DNA from: Escherichia phage St11Ph5
Strand: one strand, 5' to 3'
Sequence record: NC_070873.1
DNA: 64,000 nt
Position 1 is the stretch's first letter, and every line of letters begins with the position of its first letter. The position numbers were made by a program, and so were the translations under genes. The notes below the pieces were generated by a model, which searched no databases, was not told the origin of the DNA, and saw only the letters and a program-made list of their open reading frames with translations. Shown in pieces: positions 8,626 to 19,325 of this stretch.

Positions 8626-11193
8626 ATGTTAGTTGCAGATACCAATGAAGTAGCTACCTCAGCGACACTGGGTGGCAAAGAAACAATTGCCTTTGGCATC
8701 TCTGATGACCCGGCATTCTTCCATGTATTAAGTACTTCCCTGTATAACAATCCTACTCTGGCAGTAGTTCGTGAAACTATCTGTAACAGTTGGGATGCTC
8801 ATATAGAAGCTGGTAAGACTGATAATCCTATTCGTATCACTATTGATACAGACAACTTTATTACCTTCCGTGATTACGGTAGTGGTATTCCAGATGAACT
8901 CATTGGTTCCATTTATGGTGTCTATGGTGCATCTACTAAGAAGTCCAACAGTAGTGTTACCGGTGGCTTTGGTCTGGGATGTAAATCTCCATTCGCTTAT
9001 ACAGATAGCTTCCAGGTTACTTCATGGAACCAAGGAAAGATGTCGGTATATAACATAGCTAAGGCTGCAATTGAGAATGATGGTAAGCCTGGTATTGTTC
9101 CTATTGTTACTAACATTCCTACTGAGGAATCCGGTTTGGAAGTTAAATTTCAGTTAGGTAAACATGATGTAAATACCTTCGTACATTACATCACATCAAT
9201 CGTATTTAATGGTGAGATTAAAGCTGAGCTTAGTATTCCTAAACTAGTTAAAACAGAAGCAGGAAATAGTATTCAACAAGGTGACTACACTTTACTGAAT
9301 ACGCTGGGAATGTCATTTGAACCTGGTTCATATGATATGTCTGATAGCTGGTATCAGGGCTATATGGGTAACAGTAACATATTCGTTCGTTACGGCAACG
9401 TAATGTACCCAATAGTATCTAGCCCAGCTAGTGAAGAAGCTGTAGGTCTTATCCTCAACTTTATGAACATCATTGGTGCATCTAATTTAGTAGTTCAGGC
9501 TGCACCGGATACTCTAGCTATTGCCCCTAGTCGAGAAACACTGTCTAATCAGAAGTTAACCGACGATGGTATTACTACTCTATGTGTAGATTTAGTAAAC
9601 CGTATGGAGAAAGAGATTAAGGCTAAGATTCCTGAAGCTATTAAACAGGTTGAGGAATACGCCTCTAAATCCCCTACTTGCTTCTGGACCTATCCATCTT
9701 TTATGCTTGCTGTTACAGACAGAATCGTTCAACGTTATATGTCCTCTAGTTTGTGGGCTAAGCAACGTAAGCATCACATCAAGCATTGGCGTAATCTATC
9801 CAATAAAGCATTATTAGCTCGTCCTGAATATGCAGGTCTTAAGAAACTGTATGGTAAGGCTATGCGTGCTCTTAAGGATACTCGTGAAGAAAGTACATAC
9901 TCCCCATTCCATGAATTAGTATATCGCCATCTACACTTACCTCAGCTTGCTGCTTTAAAAGCTACTGGTATTAAGTGGTCTGGTTACATAGTGAACCAGG
10001 GTAACAGTATTGACTTGGAGAAGGGTAAACTCGCTGACTACTTTAGGATATTCCATAACTCTCATCAGAGTATTGGCATATTCACTACCAAGAACGTTGT
10101 AGTTACCCGACGTTTATCTGATTGTGCAGACTCTTTCTCATACTTCCCCGAATACAACCGAGGTGACCTGGAGCGTACAGCTTTTGTTCACTTAGTTGGT
10201 CCTAAGAAGGGTGCAGCAGAAGAAGCTGTATCTAAGTTCACTGCTATGGGTTATCGGGTGATTGACCTTACTCAATATAATGAGTGGGACAAACCAACCA
10301 ACTACCGCAGAGAGCAGGCTAAGATAGCTGCTGAGAAACGGGCTAAGACAATAGCTGCCAATAAAACCAAAGCAGGAGGTAAAACTAATGCTCTGATTTC
10401 ATTGAATGCAGTTCTCGGCACTACCCCTGTACGGAATAAAAGTGGGGATTGGGATTCTAAACCGTACATTGACAAGGATTTTACTGACCCGAGCTTCCAT
10501 GAGAAATATGGTTTCGTTGAGGTAGAGCAGCCTAAGTACTATGTACTAGCCAATCAGATTAGTTCTGGTAGTCCAATAACTGCCCGTATTGGAACCATGT
10601 GGAAATGGTATGAGTTATCTGATGAGATGAAAGCAGAGACTGTTGTCTGTCGTAATCAAATCGAGGCTAACAAAGCCAAACGACGAGGTGCTATCCACAT
10701 TGATGATGTTCGCTTTAATGAGTTGATGTCAGTTATTACCAGTAAAGGCTTCAAGAAGTATGTTACTGAACACCGCATCGGTATTCTGGATTACATAGGA
10801 CTGGATGACAGAGAGTACTGGGAAATCCTCGACATACTGGGTCTAACATTCAAACCGTTACAGAATCTGATTTTTAAACCAGAGTATGAATGGGCATATG
10901 ACTTTCTACGGAGTCGACCACATGACAACAAAGAAAAACTTGTTGAAATGGGCTGTATTAAATCAGTAGATGACTTAGAGCCATATAGAATGATGGCTAA
11001 TCCACGTAATCATAAGTACTTTAAAATTCTTAATGATTACAAAGAATTATTCAGTCATAGCTGGAATAAAAATGACATCCTACAGACGCTGGACTTAGGT
11101 AGTTTGGTAAAACACCTTAAGAAGAATCCAGAGGATATTCCTGGGTTTAAGTCCCTCTACCGTAACCGTCTAAATAAACTGAAAGGTAACTAA
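8626..11193 (+). CDS. rIIA: rIIA-like protein (histidine-kinase-type ATPase fold)
   Basis: 855 aa; N-terminal HATPase_c-like motifs (ICNSWDAH, FRDYGSGIP, GGFGLG); followed by second large ORF as in rIIA/rIIB pairs. Confidence 0.6.
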   Translation: MLVADTNEVATSATLGGKETIAFGISDDPAFFHVLSTSLYNNPTLAVVRETICNSWDAHIEAGKTDNPIRITIDTDNFITFRDYGSGIPDELIGSIYGVYGASTKKSNSSVTGGFGLGCKSPFAYTDSFQVTSWNQGKMSVYNIAKAAIENDGKPGIVPIVTNIPTEESGLEVKFQLGKHDVNTFVHYITSIVFNGEIKAELSIPKLVKTEAGNSIQQGDYTLLNTLGMSFEPGSYDMSDSWYQGYMGNSNIFVRYGNVMYPIVSSPASEEAVGLILNFMNIIGASNLVVQAAPDTLAIAPSRETLSNQKLTDDGITTLCVDLVNRMEKEIKAKIPEAIKQVEEYASKSPTCFWTYPSFMLAVTDRIVQRYMSSSLWAKQRKHHIKHWRNLSNKALLARPEYAGLKKLYGKAMRALKDTREESTYSPFHELVYRHLHLPQLAALKATGIKWSGYIVNQGNSIDLEKGKLADYFRIFHNSHQSIGIFTTKNVVVTRRLSDCADSFSYFPEYNRGDLERTAFVHLVGPKKGAAEEAVSKFTAMGYRVIDLTQYNEWDKPTNYRREQAKIAAEKRAKTIAANKTKAGGKTNALISLNAVLGTTPVRNKSGDWDSKPYIDKDFTDPSFHEKYGFVEVEQPKYYVLANQISSGSPITARIGTMWKWYELSDEMKAETVVCRNQIEANKAKRRGAIHIDDVRFNELMSVITSKGFKKYVTEHRIGILDYIGLDDREYWEILDILGLTFKPLQNLIFKPEYEWAYDFLRSRPHDNKEKLVEMGCIKSVDDLEPYRMMANPRNHKYFKILNDYKELFSHSWNKNDILQTLDLGSLVKHLKKNPEDIPGFKSLYRNRLNKLKGN

Positions 11194-11197
11194 TCTG

Positions 11198-13246
11198 ATG
11201 AAAATCGAACTGATTTCTATCATCGCACTGGCAGTTGACAGTCGTAATCTTACATTGTGGAAGCCTGATGGCTCCACGATTGTATATCCTCAGAGCGACC
11301 CACGGGTTGCTCGCATTGTATCTGAAGCACAAACCAAAGGTTTGGGAACTACTAAAGACCAGATAGAAGTAAACATTGCACCAGAAGCAAACCTGCGTAC
11401 TGAATATCTGGAAGCAGAGAAGAACACTAATGGATTCGTCCGTTTCTTCAAGGTAGCTAAAGCTAAACTTAAAGAGTTCTTCCAGGATGGTACAGGTATC
11501 CAACCTGCACACATAGTCTCAGATATTAAGCTGGGTAATCCTACTAAGACATTAGTATCTAAAGCCATGGATACCTTCCTGGCTGTGCAGGCTAATGAAC
11601 CAGAAGTAACTGTAACAGACGGTTGCTACGACAGACGTGACAATCTGATGTGGGTTACTGGCTGGGATAAGGACCATAACCATCCTGCACTGGTTCGCTT
11701 TATTAACGATGTATTGTATTGGGGTTATGCCCATACCGACCGTATTCTTGCACAAGAGTGGCCTATTGCAATCCGTGCAGTATCCGATGATGAAATGAGT
11801 GAGTTTGCTAAACAAGCTAAGCACATCAAAGGAGTACACATTGTATTTACCAGTCGTGATGTAACTCCATTTCCTTACGTAGAAGTAGCTAAAACTACGA
11901 ACCAGGATAAACTGGCTGCTGCTTCTGAGAAGTTGGCTGCATTGGGGGCTATTAGCACCGATGACGCTAACTTCCACACTGAAGTGAAAGAAGACGAAGT
12001 GGTTGTTGCTGTTACCAACAATGGGGTTATTCCTGGAGTTGAAAACCTGCATCGTCACTTACGTCAGTCTGCCAAGCTGAAAGACTACAAGGGCTTTACT
12101 AAGTTCCTTGAGCGTCTGGCTCCGGTTATTAAAGACCGTCTGCACTCAGTAGAAGACCTGATGAAGTTCATGGAGACTGCTGAATTACCTATTGCTGATG
12201 ATGGTTCAATCCTGTTCCTCAAACGTCTTCAGTATAAAGACAAAGAAAATGGTAAACGTGTATTCGTTGACTGTCACTCAGGTAACATTCGTCAGTGGGT
12301 AGGCTGCAAAGTGCAGGTACGTGAAGACCTGGTAGACCCTGACCGTCGTCAGGACTGCTCTAATGGTCTACACGTAGCATCCATGAGCTATATCCGTAGC
12401 TTCGGTGGTAACGTAACTATCCTTGGTAAAGTAGCACCAGAAGATGTATTTGCTGTTCCTCAGTACAGCACCAATAAGATGCGTGTATCTGCATATCATA
12501 TTATTGCTGAACTACCAGAAGAGGAACGTAATAACGTTAACAACGGTATCTATCTGTCTAAGACAGAAGTAGGTAAGAAATTGCTTAACGATGCTATCGT
12601 TGGGAACCATAGTTCACCCACCACACTTATTATGGTTGGTGGTCATCGTGGAACTAACCTCAAATACACCAATCTCACATCTGGTTCTGTAGAACAATTC
12701 CGTACAATTGCTAGTAAAGAAGCACTGAACATGGAAGAGTCACTGAATGAAGCTGTAGCTGCTGAACCAGTGAAGGCTACTGACCTTAAACCTGTTATTA
12801 AGAAGGCTCCTACTGTGAAAGAACAAATCCAGGAACTGGTCAAAGAGTTCCTTAGTGCAACAACACCGGAAGATAAGTTAGCTGCTGCTGACCTTCTGGT
12901 AGAACTGCGTTCCAAAGCCAGAAAGCCTTGGGGTGCATTCGATGTAGGTAGTGATGTAGTAGCTAAGATTGCTGATGTACGTGCAACCTATACAGCTAAA
13001 CCTATTGGTAAACCTAAAGCTGTTAAGCAGGATAAGACAGTTAAACCCACTAAATCTAAGCCTGCTATTAATGGTACTAATGCCAATATCATCAGAGGTT
13101 ATCTAGCAGATAGTGGTATGTCCGATTATCAGAAAGCCCACTCCATTCATGACCTGAAACGTGCAGCTAAGAAGTCATACGCTGCTATGGGTCTTACTGA
13201 AGAAGAGTGCAAAGCCATTGATAAACTGAAGCACCATCTTAAGTAA
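11198..13246 (+). CDS. rIIB: rIIB-like protein
   Basis: 682-aa ORF immediately downstream of rIIA-like gene; assignment by synteny only. Confidence 0.45.
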   Translation: MKIELISIIALAVDSRNLTLWKPDGSTIVYPQSDPRVARIVSEAQTKGLGTTKDQIEVNIAPEANLRTEYLEAEKNTNGFVRFFKVAKAKLKEFFQDGTGIQPAHIVSDIKLGNPTKTLVSKAMDTFLAVQANEPEVTVTDGCYDRRDNLMWVTGWDKDHNHPALVRFINDVLYWGYAHTDRILAQEWPIAIRAVSDDEMSEFAKQAKHIKGVHIVFTSRDVTPFPYVEVAKTTNQDKLAAASEKLAALGAISTDDANFHTEVKEDEVVVAVTNNGVIPGVENLHRHLRQSAKLKDYKGFTKFLERLAPVIKDRLHSVEDLMKFMETAELPIADDGSILFLKRLQYKDKENGKRVFVDCHSGNIRQWVGCKVQVREDLVDPDRRQDCSNGLHVASMSYIRSFGGNVTILGKVAPEDVFAVPQYSTNKMRVSAYHIIAELPEEERNNVNNGIYLSKTEVGKKLLNDAIVGNHSSPTTLIMVGGHRGTNLKYTNLTSGSVEQFRTIASKEALNMEESLNEAVAAEPVKATDLKPVIKKAPTVKEQIQELVKEFLSATTPEDKLAAADLLVELRSKARKPWGAFDVGSDVVAKIADVRATYTAKPIGKPKAVKQDKTVKPTKSKPAINGTNANIIRGYLADSGMSDYQKAHSIHDLKRAAKKSYAAMGLTEEECKAIDKLKHHLK

Positions 13247-13258
13247 TAGCCTGTTCAA

Positions 13259-13295
13259 ATAGCCTCACTTATAATAAAGTGAGGCTATCTTTGAA
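13259..13295 (+). terminator. Rho-independent terminator
   Basis: Long stem AGCCTCACTTTAT / ATAAAGTGAGGCT followed by T-rich tract. Confidence 0.5.
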
Positions 13296-13308
13296 GAGGA
13301 AATAAGCT

Positions 13309-13704
13309 ATGTCTAAAGTATTCAGAAGTAATCGCAAAGCAACTGATGAAGACATCATTCGTATGAATGCTGTTGGTCTGTCCCTCGCAACTATCGCTAA
13401 GACGTTGGGGGTTCACCCCACTACGGTTACTTTGCGATTGCGTTCTCTAAACATTGAACCAGCCGATACACGTCGGACGTTCATGGAAAACGTATTACGA
13501 CCTTTACCAACCCATGTGGCTGATTGGCTATCAGAACAAGTTGGTCCTGCTTATGAGATTCGTTCATATGTAAGAGACTTGATTCTGGAGGCATATAACA
13601 ATCGTCACCTTAACCAAGAGAGTGAGCATGACAAGTTCATCCGTTTGTACGCTGGCAAATACGGAAGCCTGGTTCCGGAAAGCAGTACCAAATCCGACGA
13701 GTAA
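13309..13704 (+). CDS. HTH DNA-binding protein
   Basis: 131 aa; helix-turn-helix-like segment GLSLATIAKTLGVHPTTVTLRL. Confidence 0.45.
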   Translation: MSKVFRSNRKATDEDIIRMNAVGLSLATIAKTLGVHPTTVTLRLRSLNIEPADTRRTFMENVLRPLPTHVADWLSEQVGPAYEIRSYVRDLILEAYNNRHLNQESEHDKFIRLYAGKYGSLVPESSTKSDE

Positions 13705-13720
13705 GAACATTAGTACCCAG

Positions 13721-14083
13721 ATGGGTTGCCATCTGGAAGAAGTAGAAGAAATGCTTCAGACCATTTATCCAAATGGTAGTTACGATGCAGAATTACTGCA
13801 ACGTGCACAAGATGCCATTACAAATCTGGCAAACCATATGAAACGTAATGACGATGCTTATCGCATTGACGCTAGTACCAGTCTGCTGGACTCATTGGCT
13901 GACCAGATTGTTACAGCAACTGGCGTCGGTACTTTCCTTGGGATGAATGTCCCTGGAGCATTGGCTGAGGTCAATCGCTCAAACTATTCTAAGTTTGAAG
14001 ATGGTGAGCCTGTCTTCAATGAGAATAAGAAAGTTATGAAAGGGAAAGACTACACTCCCCCGGATTTAACCCCTTACATCTAA
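13721..14083 (+). CDS. hypothetical protein, possibly MazG-like NTP pyrophosphohydrolase
   Basis: ORF 13622..14083 overlaps upstream gene; preferred ATG 13721; weak EExxE / LADQI resemblance to MazG motifs. Confidence 0.3.
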   Translation: MGCHLEEVEEMLQTIYPNGSYDAELLQRAQDAITNLANHMKRNDDAYRIDASTSLLDSLADQIVTATGVGTFLGMNVPGALAEVNRSNYSKFEDGEPVFNENKKVMKGKDYTPPDLTPYI

Positions 14084-14103
14084 CCCTCTACGGAGGGTTT
14101 TTA
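14082..14103 (+). terminator. Rho-independent terminator
   Basis: Stem AACCCTC / GAGGGTT, loop TACG, followed by TTTTT. Confidence 0.5.
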
Positions 14104-14115
14104 CTGGAGATTTTA

Positions 14116-15426
14116 ATGTTTTCCAAACCTACCAAAGCCCCGCTGAACAAGGGGCAAGAAGCGGTTGCGAAGGAGTTCTTCGACTTCCTGCTCAACCCTA
14201 ATGCTACCGAATTCAATATTAGTGGCCCAGGGGGAACTGGCAAGACATTCCTGATGTCGCACCTCATTGATGACACAATGCCTGCATATATGGAAACTTG
14301 CTCCCTTATGGGAACCAAGCCTCTGTATAACGAAGTTGTTATGACTGCGACCACGAACAAAGCTGCTGAAGTTCTGGCTCAGGCTACTGGACGTCCAACA
14401 TCTACCTATCATTCCTTTCAGGGGCTGATTGTTAAAAATGACTTTAAGACTGGTGAGGCTAATGTCGTGCCGTCTAAATCATTCAATATTAAGAAGAACA
14501 AAATCATCTTCGTAGACGAAGCATCCATGATTGACCGTCAGTTACTTAAGTATGCTCGTGAAGGTACTCACCAGTGCAAACTGGTATTCGTAGGAGATGC
14601 TTCTCAGCTTCTGCCTGTTAAAGAGAATAAGTCTCCAGTGTATGCAGGTAATATCCCAACACACTATCTGACTGAACAGATGCGTACCGATGCACCGGAA
14701 CTTAAAGCATTGCACCAGCAATTGCGTGATACGGTGGAAGGTAAGACAGGCTTCCTGCCTATTAAATGTATTCCAGGCATCATTGACTGGGTACAGGGAG
14801 AAGAGATGGAGAAACTGGTTCTCAGTCACTTCACTCAACCTACCAATAGCCGTATTGTTGCTTACACAAATGACCAGGTTATTAATTACAATAACTACAT
14901 TCGTAAAGCCAATGGCTACGTGGGTGAATACTCCATTGGTGAACAGTTAGTTTCTAACTCTGCTGTTCGCTTAGGTGTGGAAGACCGTCTGTCTATTGAG
15001 CAGGACGTAAAACTCATTGACCAGGATAGTAGTACTCGCATGATTCAGGTTACAGGTGACCTGGAACTGGAAGTTCGTGATAGTACTCTGGACCTTGGTT
15101 ATGGTGGTATTGTAAGTGAAGTTCCAGTACCTACTGACCCAGACTACTTCAACCGTTTGGTTAAGTGGCTTGGTAAAGAGAAGAACTGGGAACCTTACTT
15201 CCGTCTTAAAGAAACCATTCCAGACCTGCGTGCTACTCATGCATGTACTGTCCATAAATCACAAGGCTCTACTTACGACACAATCTTCATTGATGCAGAT
15301 GACCTCTCAAGCTGTCGCCAACCTGATATGGTTGCCCGTCTGCTTTACGTCGCTGTGTCCCGTGCACGTAAGCGAGTAGTGTTCTATGGCAATCTTGTCA
15401 GTAAGTATGGTGGTCTAACTTTCTAA
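14116..15426 (+). CDS. SF1 DNA helicase (Dda/RecD-like)
   Basis: Walker A GPGGTGKTF, Walker B FVDEASM, VGDASQLLPV, C-terminal TVHKSQGSTYD motif. Confidence 0.75.
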   Translation: MFSKPTKAPLNKGQEAVAKEFFDFLLNPNATEFNISGPGGTGKTFLMSHLIDDTMPAYMETCSLMGTKPLYNEVVMTATTNKAAEVLAQATGRPTSTYHSFQGLIVKNDFKTGEANVVPSKSFNIKKNKIIFVDEASMIDRQLLKYAREGTHQCKLVFVGDASQLLPVKENKSPVYAGNIPTHYLTEQMRTDAPELKALHQQLRDTVEGKTGFLPIKCIPGIIDWVQGEEMEKLVLSHFTQPTNSRIVAYTNDQVINYNNYIRKANGYVGEYSIGEQLVSNSAVRLGVEDRLSIEQDVKLIDQDSSTRMIQVTGDLELEVRDSTLDLGYGGIVSEVPVPTDPDYFNRLVKWLGKEKNWEPYFRLKETIPDLRATHACTVHKSQGSTYDTIFIDADDLSSCRQPDMVARLLYVAVSRARKRVVFYGNLVSKYGGLTF

Positions 15427-15436
15427 GGGAGGATAT

Positions 15437-15967
15437 ATGCCTCAGATTGGTTCAGCGACTATTGGTCAAGTTGCCAATAGCAGTGAGATAGTCAAACACC
15501 TGTTCTTAGCAGAACTGGTTCGTCTTGATAGTGTGTTAAACGGTATCATTGATAAGAATGACCGTATCAATGGTATTGATGTATCGGCTGGATTCCTTTA
15601 TCAAGGGGAGTTCTATCAACGTTCTAATGCTGCCAGACCCCCAACCTACGGAGAACGATTAACACTTAATCCAGAACTATGGCCTGCAATGGACAAGTAT
15701 CTGAAAGCCTCCAGCCGTCTGATTATGGAAGTACACCTCGTTAACCAGACTGTATATCGCCTGGTTCGTGGTTGTATGTCCTATCAGGATGTACGTGATG
15801 CTTTACCTGAATGCCTGGTAGCCCAGGACCAGACTGGTAAGTACAAGGAACTGCCACGTACTCGTGAAGCAGCCTGGACACTTGCTGGTGATGCTATGGC
15901 AATCAAGCAGTATGAGAAGATTCTGCCATCTATTGAGTACTATGCAGCTTCCCATCTGATTTTCTAA
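15437..15967 (+). CDS. hypothetical protein
   Basis: 176-aa ORF with GGGAGG RBS. Confidence 0.5.
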   Translation: MPQIGSATIGQVANSSEIVKHLFLAELVRLDSVLNGIIDKNDRINGIDVSAGFLYQGEFYQRSNAARPPTYGERLTLNPELWPAMDKYLKASSRLIMEVHLVNQTVYRLVRGCMSYQDVRDALPECLVAQDQTGKYKELPRTREAAWTLAGDAMAIKQYEKILPSIEYYAASHLIF

Positions 15968-15976
15968 GGTAAAGCT

Positions 15977-18556
15977 ATGCGTTACATCACCTCTCAAGAT
16001 ACGGGTAAGTATCCTATTGCTATCCTCGGTCATCAAATCCGAAGGGAGGAGATGATTAAAACCTACCTGCTGCCTAATGACCTAAGTATGGAAGATTTCA
16101 TCTTCATTGAACTTCATTCTGCCCCTGGTAAGAAGAAGACTCCTGCAAGGGAGATTAAGGAGTTCATACAGCAGGAACTGCAACAAGTACTGGATGATGC
16201 AGAGACTCAGTACATTATCTGTACCGATTCTGATTACTTTAAAATACTGACTAAAGAAGCTAAAGCAGAGGCTAACCTCGGCTATGTTTGTGACTCAGTA
16301 TGGGGTAAGCAGAAGGTTATCTATGCACCTAGCTACAGACAGGTCTTTTATGACCCTCCTGTAGTGAAATCCAAGATTGCTCAGGGTATGGATGCATTAC
16401 TTAACCACATTCGTGGACAGTATGCTGAACCAGGTCATGGAATCATTGAGTTTGAAGCCTACCCAGATACTCCGGAAAAGATTAAAGCCTGGTTAGACCA
16501 ATTGCTTGAGATGAATAAGCCTCTGGCTATAGATATCGAAGCATTCGGTTTAAAACACTATAACGCCGGTATAGGGACAATTACATTCTGTTGGAGTAAG
16601 ACACAAGGCATAGCCTTTAATGTGGACTACGAGCCGATTCCTGGAGCTACTGAAGCACCTTATGGGCGTATCAACAGAAATGATATTGTTCGAAATCTTC
16701 TACGTGAGTTCTTCATTAAGTACACCCAACGGCAGATGTATCACAACATTAGCTATGACGTGTATGTGCTTATCTATCAGTTATTCATGGATAATCTGAT
16801 TGATACAGAAGGCTTACTGCATGGCATGGAAATCATGCTACGTAATTGGGACTGTACTAAGTTAATCACCTACTTGGCTACTAACAGTTGTGCTGGTAAT
16901 CACCTTAGTCTGAAAGACCAGGCTCAAGAGTATGCTGGTAACTATGCTCAGGATGATATCAAAGACATCCGTCTTATTCCTAATGAGCAACTGTTACGCT
17001 ACAACCTCATTGATGGTTTATGTACTTGGTACACCTATGAGAAGCACTGGGATACCTTGGTAGCTGATGACCAACTGGATGTTTACAACAACATCTTTAA
17101 GCCAGCTTGTGAAGACATCATCCAGATGCAATTAACCGGTATGCCTATGAATATGGATACCGTTAACCAAGTAGCTAAGGAGATGGAAACTGACAGGAAC
17201 CAAGCTCTGAAAACTATTCGTGAGTCTAAGCTCATGAAGAATTTCACCCTGATGCTTCGTCAGGAATGGGTAGATGATAAGAATGCTAAGCTCAAGAAGA
17301 AGCAGGTGACGCTTGCTGACTGTGACATCGAGTTTAATCCAAACTCCGGTCCACAATTACAGAAGCTGTTATTTGATTATATTGGCTTACCGGTTCTTGG
17401 TCTTACTAAGAGCAAGCAACCTGCTACTGACGGTGACACTATTAAAGCACTGCGTACACACACGCAGAGTGAAGATGTTAAGGAACTGCTCAATGCACTT
17501 ATCGACTATAAGCTCGTGGATAAGATTATCACTAGCTTTATACCAGCTTTCAGGAATGCCCAACCCGGGCCGGATGGATGGCACTACCTATTCGGCAACC
17601 TCAATCTGGGAGGCACAGTCTCCGGTAGGCTATCGGCTTCAGAGCCAAATCTACAAACAATTCCATCCGGCTCTAAATATGCCAAGAAGATTAAGAAATG
17701 CTTCGAAGCTCCTCCAGGCTGGATATTTTGCGGCTTGGATTTCGCCTCGCTGGAAGACAGAATCTCTGCACTAACTACTAAAGACCCACAGAAGCTTAAG
17801 GTATATACCGATGGCTATGATGGGCACAGTCTCCGTGCATATGCTTACTTTGGTGAGCAGATGCCAGACATAGAAGACACAGTAGAATCCATTAACTCCA
17901 TTCAGCATAAGTACAAATCATTACGTAGTGACTCGAAGGCTCCAACCTTCTTGCTTACCTATGGTGGTACGTATATGGGGTTAATGAAAAACTGTGGCTT
18001 CTCTGAAGAGAAAGCTAAGACTACAGAGAAGCGTTATCACGACCTCTATGTAGTTAGCGACCAGTGGGTTCAGGCTAAGCTAGACGAAGCTGCCAAAACT
18101 GGTTATGTTACTGCCGCATTCGGTTTGAGAGTGCGTACTCCTTTACTGGCTCAGGTTTTACGTGGGACATGTAAGACTCCGTATGAAGCAGAAGCAGAAG
18201 GCAGAACTGCTGGTAATGCTTTAGGGCAAAGCTGGTGTCTACTGAATAACCGTGCTGGTTCAGAATTTATGCGTAAAGTCAGAGCCAGTGAGTTCAGGTT
18301 AGATATACGTCCTAGTATTCATATTCACGATGCTCAGTACTTCATGATTCGTGACAACATGGATACCTTGCAGTTCACGAACAAGCACTTGGTTGAGGCC
18401 GTTAACTGGCAAGACCATCCCGATATTGCTCATCCAGAAGTTGGTTTGGGTGGGGAACTATCCTTGTTTTACCCAACGTGGGCTAACGAGATTGAAATTC
18501 CAAATCACGCTACCCCAGAAGAAGTTCATCAAATAATTCAAAAGGCATTCGCATGA
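15977..18556 (+). CDS. family A DNA polymerase with 3-prime-5-prime exonuclease domain
   Basis: Exo motif IDIEAFGL; Pol motif A LDFASLEDRI; motif B SDSKAPTFLLTYGG; motif C IHIHDAQ. Confidence 0.85.
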   Translation: MRYITSQDTGKYPIAILGHQIRREEMIKTYLLPNDLSMEDFIFIELHSAPGKKKTPAREIKEFIQQELQQVLDDAETQYIICTDSDYFKILTKEAKAEANLGYVCDSVWGKQKVIYAPSYRQVFYDPPVVKSKIAQGMDALLNHIRGQYAEPGHGIIEFEAYPDTPEKIKAWLDQLLEMNKPLAIDIEAFGLKHYNAGIGTITFCWSKTQGIAFNVDYEPIPGATEAPYGRINRNDIVRNLLREFFIKYTQRQMYHNISYDVYVLIYQLFMDNLIDTEGLLHGMEIMLRNWDCTKLITYLATNSCAGNHLSLKDQAQEYAGNYAQDDIKDIRLIPNEQLLRYNLIDGLCTWYTYEKHWDTLVADDQLDVYNNIFKPACEDIIQMQLTGMPMNMDTVNQVAKEMETDRNQALKTIRESKLMKNFTLMLRQEWVDDKNAKLKKKQVTLADCDIEFNPNSGPQLQKLLFDYIGLPVLGLTKSKQPATDGDTIKALRTHTQSEDVKELLNALIDYKLVDKIITSFIPAFRNAQPGPDGWHYLFGNLNLGGTVSGRLSASEPNLQTIPSGSKYAKKIKKCFEAPPGWIFCGLDFASLEDRISALTTKDPQKLKVYTDGYDGHSLRAYAYFGEQMPDIEDTVESINSIQHKYKSLRSDSKAPTFLLTYGGTYMGLMKNCGFSEEKAKTTEKRYHDLYVVSDQWVQAKLDEAAKTGYVTAAFGLRVRTPLLAQVLRGTCKTPYEAEAEGRTAGNALGQSWCLLNNRAGSEFMRKVRASEFRLDIRPSIHIHDAQYFMIRDNMDTLQFTNKHLVEAVNWQDHPDIAHPEVGLGGELSLFYPTWANEIEIPNHATPEEVHQIIQKAFA

Positions 18557-18858
18557 CCAAAAGTACTAAAGAAACTGTAGTCAGAAAATATCATTGGATG
18601 GTAGCAGCACAGGTAGTATTCCAACTTCCTAAAGTGGATGATGGTTCCCTGCTTACCATGAATACAATGTTGCTCACTGATGAACCTTATGTGACCTATA
18701 AAGATTTGGCCCGTGCCAATCACTCCCTGAAAATTAGTCTGGACCAACGCTTCGATACCTCAGTTGACTTGAAAGACATTGTTTACCTGTCTCTTAGCAA
18801 CCTGGGTCTGATGTCTGAACCAGAGTTCCAGGCAAACATGATTCCTAAGGAGAAGTAA
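18553..18858 (+). CDS. hypothetical protein
   Basis: 101-aa ORF overlapping polymerase stop. Confidence 0.45.
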   Translation: MTKSTKETVVRKYHWMVAAQVVFQLPKVDDGSLLTMNTMLLTDEPYVTYKDLARANHSLKISLDQRFDTSVDLKDIVYLSLSNLGLMSEPEFQANMIPKEK

Positions 18859-19325
18859 TGGCTAAGCTCTCCGGTGGATTGAATAACTGGTATGTAGTAC
18901 CAGTTAAGCACCCTCAACGGAAAGAGCAAGAGCCATATCAAGCGGAGTGTGAGGATATTATCCAAGCACTGGGCATGACCTTCGATGAAGGTTGTGCCTT
19001 TAAAGCTCTATGGCGAAATGCTGCTGCCCGTATGGGTAATGGTAAACCAGGAAACACTTCAGTATATGACGCTGAAAAGCTAGTTCATTACGCTAATCGT
19101 ATTCTTACTAAGGAGAAGTTAGTAGATGAATTGCCTGCCACAGATACCACTGCTATTGGGAGATGCTGGCATTACCCAGGAAATGGGAAGCCTTATATAA
19201 CAACAAACTTTCAGTTCATTGAGGTAGCCTACAAAGGTGAGCTAGATAATATAGTCAGCTATAACTTCGATGAGGTAGAGGGTATTCGCTGGAACCAGGT
19301 GCATAAATACAGGATTACCTACTGA
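18858..19325 (+). CDS. hypothetical protein
   Basis: 155-aa ORF, ATGA overlap with neighbours. Confidence 0.5.
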   Translation: MAKLSGGLNNWYVVPVKHPQRKEQEPYQAECEDIIQALGMTFDEGCAFKALWRNAAARMGNGKPGNTSVYDAEKLVHYANRILTKEKLVDELPATDTTAIGRCWHYPGNGKPYITTNFQFIEVAYKGELDNIVSYNFDEVEGIRWNQVHKYRITY

